Virus record (IMG/VR): IMGVR_UViG_3300035670_000009
Coordinates: 139,911-203,910 of that record
Length of the DNA stretch: 64,000 bases
Source of the DNA: a virus
Lineage: Duplodnaviria > Caudoviricetes
Reading direction: 5' to 3' (one strand)
The notes under the pieces are model-generated. The model had not been told where the DNA came from. It did not search any database and saw only the letters and a list, made by a program, of their open reading frames with translations. Positions 36,384 through 43,929 of this stretch are shown one piece after another (position 1 is the stretch's first letter; each line of letters opens with the position of its first letter). Position numbers and translations under genes: made by a program.

Positions 36384-37193
36384 TCAATTCTTGGGTACGA
36401 GGATGTACGGCTTTCCGTTGATCACAATGGTGCCGCCCAGCTCAACTGAAGTGTCTTTGAACTTGGAATACGGCACCTTACGTTTGCCGTACAGCTCCTG
36501 AATCTCGCGGACATCGCCGTCCTGTGGTTCAGTAACGTTCGGGTCGTAGTAAGGGGCCATAAGGTTGCCGTTGGCCAGGTGCGGCAGACCCAACGCATGA
36601 CCAAGCTCGTGGCAAATCACAGCCACAGCCATATTGAAGTTCCAGTGCTCAGCTTCGTCGTACATCTGGTCAAGCTGAATGCCCTCATGTACGCCGCAGG
36701 GCAGCTCGCTCCAGGCAAGCGTGCCGCCCTTGCTATCCAGGCCGTGCTTCTGCCCTTTTCCCGATCGCGCCAAAATATTGGCTTTCGTTGGATCCTCGAC
36801 GGGCTCGGGCTCGATGTTGCACACGCGCGCCCACTGGCTGAACGCAATATCAAACGCCTGCTTAGCCTGAGCCGTCGTGATGCCGGGCAGCACAATGTCG
36901 GGATGGTAAGTGATCGCCTTGTGCGGCCACTTGCACTCCGTGTCGCCTGCCGAAAAGTTGAAATCGGGCAGGCCGCAACGACGACGTTCAAGCACATGCG
37001 CCGTGGTTTCGTCGACGCGGCCATCCGGATCCAGCCCGTGAAAACGCTGGTACTCGCGAATGGCGCGCGTCAATTCCGCGCCTTTAATCTGCCGAACCTT
37101 TGCCCAGGTTTTAGTACCGAAGTATCCGAACGCGAATAGTTTTCGAAGGATCTCTTCGGTCGGCAGAACGTGATTTGATGGCATCCTTGCCAT
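36384..37193 (-). CDS. Matrixin (M10/MMP-like) zinc metallopeptidase with PG-binding-like prodomain and cysteine switch
   Basis: AIREYQRFHGLDPDGRVDETT (PG-binding-like), RRCGLPD (Cys switch), KW...ITY, HELGHALGLPH, Met-turn LMAPYY and IQELYG. Confidence 0.9.
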   Translation of the reverse strand: MARMPSNHVLPTEEILRKLFAFGYFGTKTWAKVRQIKGAELTRAIREYQRFHGLDPDGRVDETTAHVLERRRCGLPDFNFSAGDTECKWPHKAITYHPDIVLPGITTAQAKQAFDIAFSQWARVCNIEPEPVEDPTKANILARSGKGQKHGLDSKGGTLAWSELPCGVHEGIQLDQMYDEAEHWNFNMAVAVICHELGHALGLPHLANGNLMAPYYDPNVTEPQDGDVREIQELYGKRKVPYSKFKDTSVELGGTIVINGKPYILVPKN

Positions 37194-37222
37194 GATAAGT
37201 CGCGTCCCTGCGAGAAATGCGG

Positions 37223-37636
37223 TTAGTCGCCGGGCGGCTTATACATTTCTCCCAGCCACAACAGCTCGTCGACGGTTTCGTCGTCGGCTTCGTCGCTGAG
37301 ATCGTAAACGGCCTCCACGAGCGGATTCTCTGATTGTAACAGTTCTATTGGGCAGTTGTTGCGCCACAGCTCATTGAGCTTGCGCCGCAACCGTACGCTG
37401 CGGATTGGGCCAATGTTGCGCAAGTCGCGCATGTCCAAGCGAATTTCGTTGGACGGGCGCTTTTCGCGGCAGTGGATTATGACCTGCACGATAATTGAAA
37501 TGACCGAGATCACCAGGAGCGGATTGAACGCGTAGCCCTGCGGAGCACGAAACGCGATTTCATCTTGAAGTCGGTTTCGAAGCCGCGTGAGCGCCGGGGA
37601 GTTCTCGATCCGCTCCTGGAGAGCTTCGGGCGTCAT
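37223..37636 (-). CDS. Single-pass membrane protein
   Basis: TM segment FNPLLVISVISIIVQVII. Start reassigned to ATG 37636, just after the upstream stop. Confidence 0.65.
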   Translation of the reverse strand: MTPEALQERIENSPALTRLRNRLQDEIAFRAPQGYAFNPLLVISVISIIVQVIIHCREKRPSNEIRLDMRDLRNIGPIRSVRLRRKLNELWRNNCPIELLQSENPLVEAVYDLSDEADDETVDELLWLGEMYKPPGD

Positions 37637-37637
37637 T

Positions 37638-38003
37638 TCATTCTTTCTCGGCGCGAATGCGCTCAACTGCGATCGCTTCCATATACCGGTACCGCGCGTC
37701 GATCATGGCTTCTTTCACGGCAACGCGTGCCGAGATGTACTTCCAGACGAGCGCCGCATTCACAATGATCACCTGCGCCGCGCCGATCAACGCAGCAAGG
37801 CTTCGGCTAACCGTCTCGGCATCACTGGCGCTAATCCAACCCAGCACCACGCCCACCGCGATGAGATTTGTGACGGCCGAGACGACCATCGTCCAAAACT
37901 CAGGGGTGAACCAATCGGAACCAGCGGGCGCCACCTCGTCGGCAGCCTGTCCCAACTCGCGCAGCTCTTCGCGAATCGACGCAATCGGCTTCTTTGTCGC
38001 CAT
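37638..38003 (-). CDS. Two-TM holin-like protein
   Basis: W.TPEFW followed by two TM helices and a charged C-terminal tail. SD AGGAG. Confidence 0.5.
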   Translation of the reverse strand: MATKKPIASIREELRELGQAADEVAPAGSDWFTPEFWTMVVSAVTNLIAVGVVLGWISASDAETVSRSLAALIGAAQVIIVNAALVWKYISARVAVKEAMIDARYRYMEAIAVERIRAEKE

Positions 38004-38066
38004 GTTTAATTTTCTCCTAGTTACGTGGCCGGGCTATTCTGCCATCGGTCCGGGGGTCGCGCAAGG

Positions 38067-39101
38067 CTAATACCCGCGGAAAAGTGGCGGCATAGCCGCA
38101 TGCATCATCCCGCCCCAAAGACCCAAATCCTGGAGCTTATGTTGTGTTGCAGGAGGCAGCACCGCCAGCGCTGAAAGCGTCCGCCCGGCGACGTTAGCCG
38201 TCGCCATTCCGACACCGGCCGAGGCAAAGCCCCGGACCACGTCGATCGGGCGAATCATGGGGGACTGCAACCCCGTGCTAATGCCGCTCATCAATCCCGT
38301 CGCGGCAGCAGCGAGCGGGGGCGGCGTGTGCTGACCAAACGGCCCGTAAGGATCAATCATGCCCTTGTGCACGTCACGCCACAGCGCCGTGTTGAACTGC
38401 GGCACAGAGATTGTCGGCTGATTTATGCCCACGGCGTCAGGAACCATCGGATTAGCTGGATTAAAACCGTAGTTGACGACGTAGCTTTCCTTTTCGAACG
38501 GATACACAACAGGTGTGTCGTTACTGGTTATCAGACTTTTCAAGTAGGGGCGCTTCAGAGCTTGCGCATTGGCGTAGGCGTTCAGCGCGCCCACTCCCAA
38601 GCCAGTTCCGGCACCCAGGAGGCCAAGTGTTTTACTTAACCGGCCGCGGCGCCTAGCTCGCTCTGGAAACAGACGCTCAGCAAGCGCGCCGGTGCCGTAA
38701 CCCAGGCCGCCCAGCATCAGCGCCGAAACAATGCCGTTTGAGAGCGGTGTCGGACCGCCCAGCGCAGCGTTGCCCAGCTCGAAGACGTGCTTTGCGCCAG
38801 GGAGCGCCGCCTGCTTGATAAGAATCTCGCGCTCCAGGTTCGGCGCCTGGCAGTTGCGCACGAAACCATAGTCGCCCAGATGCTCTCGGTAAATCGCGGC
38901 GTTTTTCTCAGGGAGCGGCGCCTTTGTCCAGAGCGTAATCGTGTTGCACTCGGCCATCCATGTCGCGACGGCCAGCGGAAGAATATCGGCAGCCAGCGCC
39001 GCTTTCTCGTGCGCAACGCGTGCCCGAGCCGCCGCAGGCAGCAGCTCGGCCACCCGCGCAGGGACCGCCTCCCACGCATAGATATCTTTGGCTGCCGTCA
39101 T
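38067..39101 (-). CDS. Putative internal head protein with glycine-zipper segments
   Basis: HEKAAL and IKQAAL motifs. Hydrophobic Gly-rich helices (ALMLGGLGYGTGALA; LGLLGAGTGLGVGAL). Confidence 0.65.
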   Translation of the reverse strand: MTAAKDIYAWEAVPARVAELLPAAARARVAHEKAALAADILPLAVATWMAECNTITLWTKAPLPEKNAAIYREHLGDYGFVRNCQAPNLEREILIKQAALPGAKHVFELGNAALGGPTPLSNGIVSALMLGGLGYGTGALAERLFPERARRRGRLSKTLGLLGAGTGLGVGALNAYANAQALKRPYLKSLITSNDTPVVYPFEKESYVVNYGFNPANPMVPDAVGINQPTISVPQFNTALWRDVHKGMIDPYGPFGQHTPPPLAAAATGLMSGISTGLQSPMIRPIDVVRGFASAGVGMATANVAGRTLSALAVLPPATQHKLQDLGLWGGMMHAAMPPLFRGY

Positions 39102-39107
39102 GGCTGC

Positions 39108-39371
39108 TCACGCAAAAACAGATTTAATGAACTTCCAGGCGCTACGGCACAGAACGTAGACCCAAAGTACCACACCGGATAACGCCAAGAACACCATCAC
39201 AGGAATAGTGACGACCGCCACGCCCAGTTTCTGTTTGTCGATCTGCCGCAGCAAAAACAACGCTTTGAGCCAGGCAGCGCGGGCTGGATTCGCCACGTCG
39301 TCGGGCGCTGGGACTGGCGGCGTCGGGGACGGCTCGTCGGGCTTTTTGGGCTTCCAGGGAAACCAGGGCAT
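39108..39371 (-). CDS. Small membrane protein
   Basis: 87 aa with a long C-terminal hydrophobic stretch. Confidence 0.65.
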   Translation of the reverse strand: MPWFPWKPKKPDEPSPTPPVPAPDDVANPARAAWLKALFLLRQIDKQKLGVAVVTIPVMVFLALSGVVLWVYVLCRSAWKFIKSVFA

Positions 39372-39373
39372 GT

Positions 39374-40507
39374 TTATTTCCTTCCGGGGGAGAACTGCGC
39401 CAGCACGTCGTCGCCGTAACGAGCGATGACCTGGTCAATGAGGTTGGGGCGCTCCGTCTGGCCGCGAATGGCTTTCAGTGCAAGCTGGTGCCGATAGCGC
39501 GGGTCAAGCTGCGCCCGCCACATTTTGTGATTTCGATCGCTGTCGCGGATGAAGTCGCCCCGACGCTTGGCCTCGGTGAGCTGGCTCTTGATGTTCTCGA
39601 AAACCGGCTTGCTGGGGTCGTAAGGAATCGGCTTCTGGATAGCGAGCGGGTCAAGCATCTGTCGCCCCTGATCGAGGTAGACGCTGCCGCCGTCCTTCTC
39701 TAGTTGCTGGATTTTTTTGTAGTAGGCCGGTTCTTCGGACAAGTGATCCTTGGCAATTTCTTTGGCGACTTCTGCATTGTTCGTGTGTTCGCGCTCATGC
39801 TTCTTGCCTTCTGCCAAGGCCTCCGGTGGAAACTGCTCATCGGGCACATGATCCGCCTGGCCGCCGGGCAAGACGTCCAGGACTTTTTCAGCCGCCGCCT
39901 TCAGCTCGCCCCGGCTGGTGGCCGAGTCAAACTTGCTAACGTTGTTGTTACCGAGCACCTTCGCGCGTCGGACAGCCACCGTGATGTGGAACTGATGATC
40001 GCCATTGGGCAGAGCTGACAAACCGTAGCTCTTACGCAAAGCGGCCAACTCTGGGCTGGCGACTTGAATCGCCCAGACGCGGCTGATGCCGTCGATGTTC
40101 TTAGGCGCGAGTTCTTTAACGGGACCAAGGGCGTAGTGAAAATTGTGCCCGCGCTCGTTGATCTTGTTCGCGCCAATTTTGCTGACCTCGTCAGCGGTCA
40201 TCACCGAAATGTGCGCATTCAGCAAATCTGGCTTTACGTCTGGAACGTTAAGGGCACCAGCAAGTGGTAATTCAGCGCCTGGAGCAGTCATGGCGTCGAA
40301 TACGCCGCGCACCAGGGCATTTGGGACCGACAGCAACAGCCAGCCGCTTTTAGAGACGTACAGCCGCCCGGCGAGATAGTGATTGGTCGTCGCCGCGGCA
40401 CCGGTCTTTGAAAGCCAACCGGCCGCGTTTCCAACGGCATAGGCCGGATGAAGCTTGAAACCGGTCGCGTCCCACGCCAAAGGATCGAGAATGGAAAACC
40501 CGTCCAT
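39374..40507 (-). CDS. 2H phosphoesterase fused to an EHT..DHL..YY domain
   Basis: Two H-x-(S/T) motifs (NAHISV, QFHITV) with intervening SPELAALRKSYGL. Then EGKKHEREHTNNAEVAKEIAKDHLSEEPAYYKKI. Confidence 0.75.
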   Translation of the reverse strand: MDGFSILDPLAWDATGFKLHPAYAVGNAAGWLSKTGAAATTNHYLAGRLYVSKSGWLLLSVPNALVRGVFDAMTAPGAELPLAGALNVPDVKPDLLNAHISVMTADEVSKIGANKINERGHNFHYALGPVKELAPKNIDGISRVWAIQVASPELAALRKSYGLSALPNGDHQFHITVAVRRAKVLGNNNVSKFDSATSRGELKAAAEKVLDVLPGGQADHVPDEQFPPEALAEGKKHEREHTNNAEVAKEIAKDHLSEEPAYYKKIQQLEKDGGSVYLDQGRQMLDPLAIQKPIPYDPSKPVFENIKSQLTEAKRRGDFIRDSDRNHKMWRAQLDPRYRHQLALKAIRGQTERPNLIDQVIARYGDDVLAQFSPGRK

Positions 40508-40517
40508 GGCCGCTACC

Positions 40518-41081
40518 TCATTTCAACTGCGAGGGCGGAGACACGGACAAATCAGCGGGCTGCGCGGGTTTCTTGACGGCATCCTGCAGCTCGGCCACCG
40601 GCGTAATGAACGCGAAGAACTGTGGCGCGCCGAAGTGGAGAACGCTGCCGACGCTCACCAGGCACATGACCGGCAACTTGTCTTTGCGCAGCACCGGATA
40701 GACCGCGCGGTAATGAATGCCTTCAATGCCGCGATCGCTTTTGGTCCTGGCCCGGTCGAGGCCCTGAAGATGCTTGTCGCGCAAATAGTCTGGAATAATC
40801 TGCGACAGGCCGTGATCAATCAATTCGCGCTCGGTGTAGCCAGTAATCTCCCAGACTGCGTCGTTGGCAAACAAAACGTCGCCTGATCGGTCACAAACAA
40901 TTACGGCGTCGGCCGAATAGTTCATTATCTTGATCAGCTCGCTTTCGCGCGCGTTCAGCGCAGCGGCGTAACGCCAAAGCAAAATGGCGCACAACGCCGA
41001 CGCAGCCACAGCCCACCACGCGGCGGCGCTGCGCAGTTTTCCAGCGCGTGGTTCAACCATCATGGCGGCGAACATAGTCAT
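40518..41081 (-). CDS. Membrane-anchored stand-alone PAS-domain protein (FixL-like PAS)
   Basis: Start reassigned to ATG 41081 (ATGA coupling). One TM, then SADAVIVCDRSGDVLFANDAVWEITGYTERELI...IIPDYLRDKH...FFAFI. No output domain. Confidence 0.85.
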   Translation of the reverse strand: MTMFAAMMVEPRAGKLRSAAAWWAVAASALCAILLWRYAAALNARESELIKIMNYSADAVIVCDRSGDVLFANDAVWEITGYTERELIDHGLSQIIPDYLRDKHLQGLDRARTKSDRGIEGIHYRAVYPVLRKDKLPVMCLVSVGSVLHFGAPQFFAFITPVAELQDAVKKPAQPADLSVSPPSQLK

Positions 41082-41215
41082 GGCCTGGTTGATGTGCCGG
41101 ATTGCGCACCCGCGACGGCGCGAGCGTGACTGGCTACTGCCGCCGCGGTCGACAGCAACGCCAATGAACAGAGCAGCGTCGCCACCCATGCCGCGGCAGC
41201 CAATGTGTTTCGCAC
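41078..41215 (-). CDS. 45-aa hydrophobic peptide between holin and PAS genes
   Basis: GTG 1 nt after the holin stop. MRNTLAAAAWVATLLCSLALLSTAAAVASHARAVAGAQSGTSTRP. Its TGA overlaps the PAS ATG. Below the ORF-track cutoff. Confidence 0.55.
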   Translation of the reverse strand: MRNTLAAAAWVATLLCSLALLSTAAAVASHARAVAGAQSGTSTRP

Positions 41216-41216
41216 T

Positions 41217-41561
41217 TTACGATCCGCCATTGTCGTTACTCCTATCGTGCTCGTGCGTGATTTTTACCTTAATGCCCGCGCCGGAAAGAACTGACCACAC
41301 GACATCGGTCACCGCTGAGCCGCTCATACCAGCGAACACGCAAATGCCAATCAGCCCATAAATGTTCTCTGATTCTCGGTAGTGCTGGTACCAAAGCAGC
41401 GAAATAGCCAAACCCAGGCAGCCCGCATTCAGCATTGCGCTAAACAACCCAAGCCGGGTCATTTTACGAGAAAACCGGAGATATGTGGCCAGCCCCGCAA
41501 ACGACGACACTCCGAACGCGCTCAAAAACACCCAGAACGGATGAGTCAAATCCATAAACAT
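41217..41561 (-). CDS. Holin-like protein (LydA-type, 3 TM)
   Basis: Start reassigned to 41561 or 41555. Three hydrophobic helices with a SFAGLATYL..AGCLGLAI..ICVFAGMSG pattern and a charged C-terminus. Confidence 0.65.
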   Translation of the reverse strand: MFMDLTHPFWVFLSAFGVSSFAGLATYLRFSRKMTRLGLFSAMLNAGCLGLAISLLWYQHYRESENIYGLIGICVFAGMSGSAVTDVVWSVLSGAGIKVKITHEHDRSNDNGGS

Positions 41562-41597
41562 CCTACTGGCCCCCGGCGCGCTAATTGTGCTGCTGAT

Positions 41598-41840
41598 ATA
41601 CCGCAAGCTCCTGGGATCCCCTACCCACAGGTCCGGCCCTGGAAAACCAGGGTTTAGCGGTGACTTACAAAGGCAAATGTTTGCCCCGTGTGGCATTCAC
41701 CGCGCCTCCAACCGTGTTCACGCCATGCTCTGACCACGGATCCAGCTACCCCGGCAACTTCCATGTTGCCGAAATAGCGCCTAACCGATCGGCCACCACG
41801 ACCAGCTTGCGATATTTGCGCACTTTCGCGCGCAAATACT
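41598..41840 (-). ncRNA. Candidate structured non-coding RNA / leader, family unrecognised
   Basis: Nested helices found by eye: 41804-15 with 41598-609, a 14-bp hairpin at 41745-78, 41697-703 with 41657-63, 41637-52, and a GAAA-capped stem at 41813-38. Mismatches are G-U wobbles on the minus strand. Confidence 0.65.
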
Positions 41841-41952
41841 AATTTATCACGTCGCGACAGGCGGGCGCAAAGCGGGATGTCAAAGAGCAAACAACGGCTG
41901 ACTTATTACAAATAGCGCGAAACGGCAGATTCGACCAGCCCCAAAAAGAGGG

Positions 41953-42576
41953 CTATCGTCCAAATCGCGCACGTTGCTCACGCCAAAAAGCGAGTTTTGC
42001 GGTGCGCGGAATATCAGAATCGTCTCCGCGTTGAAAGACCAACGCGCGCGCTTGTCGAACGCCGTACACCTGCCCGCCCACCTGGCGCACCAATTGGCTG
42101 ACGCGCACGTCGACTGGTTCGATGTTTGGTAGCTCGAGAGCCAGCTGACAGCCCCGCAAGTTAATTATGTAGCCATGCGTGCCCCAAATCGCGCCGACAA
42201 TGCGCACAACGTATTCGCCCAGCGCAACGTGCGGGGCGCGCGTGGCGTGCAGATGCCATACGTGCCAATCTGCGGGCAGCTCGGCTACGGCAGCAGCAAA
42301 AACGGCGCTGAAATCACTCGCAAACACTACGTCATCTTCAAAAACGGCGACAGCGGGCAACTGTGCATCAATACAGTGCTGCCAGATCTGCCTGTGACTG
42401 TCCAAACAACCAGCCGCTGCGCGATGCAACGTCCGATAGGGCGAGCGTTGATGCGTCACGGCGGGCCAGCGGACAACAGGCAACGCAATGCGCGCAAACT
42501 CGGCCTGTGCCTGCGTCCAACGATCAACTCGCCGATCGAGATTCACGCAAAACGCAGCCAGGTCGCCGATGTTCAT
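41953..42576 (-). CDS. Glycosyltransferase family 25
   Basis: AFCVNLDRRVDRW..GCLDSH..W...VFEDD..THGY. Start reassigned to ATG 42576 (ATGA overlap). Confidence 0.85.
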   Translation of the reverse strand: MNIGDLAAFCVNLDRRVDRWTQAQAEFARIALPVVRWPAVTHQRSPYRTLHRAAAGCLDSHRQIWQHCIDAQLPAVAVFEDDVVFASDFSAVFAAAVAELPADWHVWHLHATRAPHVALGEYVVRIVGAIWGTHGYIINLRGCQLALELPNIEPVDVRVSQLVRQVGGQVYGVRQARALVFQRGDDSDIPRTAKLAFWREQRARFGR

Positions 42577-43874
42577 GTCTTTGTGCGCGGAAAAAAGGCC
42601 GGGTGATGTGCCTGGTGCTGCTTTACCAATTCTCGCGGAGCGTACCGCCGCATTTGGGCAAACACGAACTGCATCGTGCTGTCCTCTGGCGCCATCGGCG
42701 GTTGAAACAAATATTTCACCGCGCACGCCGTCACTTCGTGCCCGACCGCGGCAAGCTGCACGTCATATTCTATTGGCGCGCAGACGGGTTGCCCACGGTA
42801 CACGTCCACGACGCGCCCCATAACATCGTAATTAAACACTTCCAATTCCGTGCCGATGTACGTCAACGGATAAAGCGTTGGTCGAAATGGCTCAAGTTGC
42901 GTCGGCATTGCGCAATAGATGTACGGTAAAGTAACGCCCGTTGCGGCGGCAAAAGTGTTAACGCTTTTGCCTGTGCCTTGCAAATCGACAAACAGACATT
43001 TTGGCGTTTGCGCCGCAGCTTGCGCGTAAGCACGAAAAGCCGGAGAAGGATCTTCGTACGTTTGGCGGCTGGCGTAGAACGTGGCCGTGTCAATGCTCGG
43101 GTAAAGGGCGTTGTACACCCGCTGAAGCAGACACGTGTCGCGCGATAAAAACCACAAATGACGATAACCATGTTCGGTTACGTACTGGTGTAACCGGGCG
43201 GCGCATAGCATCAGAAACGGAAGGTTGAATTGCGCTTGTTTGTTCCACACGCTCCAACGCGGATCAGGGCGATAGTACGGATTCTGCAACCGCACACAGC
43301 GGGAAATACCCACAACGTCCCAGTGCCCCGCGGCATGCAGCATCTTGTCAAACCCGGTAGCTTCACCTCCCCTATAGATAACGGCGGGAAAACCATAGCG
43401 GCGAGCCTGCTCATAATCTGCAAAACGGTTGTCGCCAGTGTGCGCTCGTATTTTGCGCGTTTTACGCCTCAACTCTTTCCAGACCGTTCCGTGGTGCTTG
43501 CCGCCGTAAGTCGCGACGATCTCGACCGGCGGTAAGCCGATGCAATCCGCCAACTGCCGAATTTCCGCCGCGTTGAAATACGTGTCCGTTACAACAAGAT
43601 CGTTCGCAGCAACTCCGGAGACGTTTTCGAGAATCGGAAACGCCAACCGCTGTTCCCATTGCCACTCTTGGTTTTGCAACTCGTTAATGCGGTGGCTAGA
43701 CCACCCCGTCATTTGCCGCAACGCCCGGTAGATGTCGTCGAAAGTCTTGTCACTCTTTTGCTCTGCCTGTTGTCGGAGCCGGGAAAATTCTTCGCCGCCG
43801 ATTAGCTCGAAGACCCGATATGGCGCGCCGCAGGCACGACCAAGCAGCGTGTCGAAAAAATCCCAGCTTCGCAT
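42573..43874 (-). CDS. HAD-superfamily hydrolase of the type found in polysaccharide loci
   Basis: SWDFFDTLLGR, HTGDN..D, FLSRD and FVDLQGTG motifs. Confidence 0.75.
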   Translation of the reverse strand: MRSWDFFDTLLGRACGAPYRVFELIGGEEFSRLRQQAEQKSDKTFDDIYRALRQMTGWSSHRINELQNQEWQWEQRLAFPILENVSGVAANDLVVTDTYFNAAEIRQLADCIGLPPVEIVATYGGKHHGTVWKELRRKTRKIRAHTGDNRFADYEQARRYGFPAVIYRGGEATGFDKMLHAAGHWDVVGISRCVRLQNPYYRPDPRWSVWNKQAQFNLPFLMLCAARLHQYVTEHGYRHLWFLSRDTCLLQRVYNALYPSIDTATFYASRQTYEDPSPAFRAYAQAAAQTPKCLFVDLQGTGKSVNTFAAATGVTLPYIYCAMPTQLEPFRPTLYPLTYIGTELEVFNYDVMGRVVDVYRGQPVCAPIEYDVQLAAVGHEVTACAVKYLFQPPMAPEDSTMQFVFAQMRRYAPRELVKQHQAHHPAFFPRTKT

Positions 43875-43929
43875 GACGTGGGGTCCTGCAGCATTTACGT
43901 GTGCGGGTTCATTTTAGCGCCCGCGGCGC

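Noticed and set aside
41654-41890. 78-aa minus-strand ORF and 41217..41696 N-terminal extension across the structured region
   Set aside because: TTG/weak starts, no SD, atypical composition. The nested helices explain the region better.
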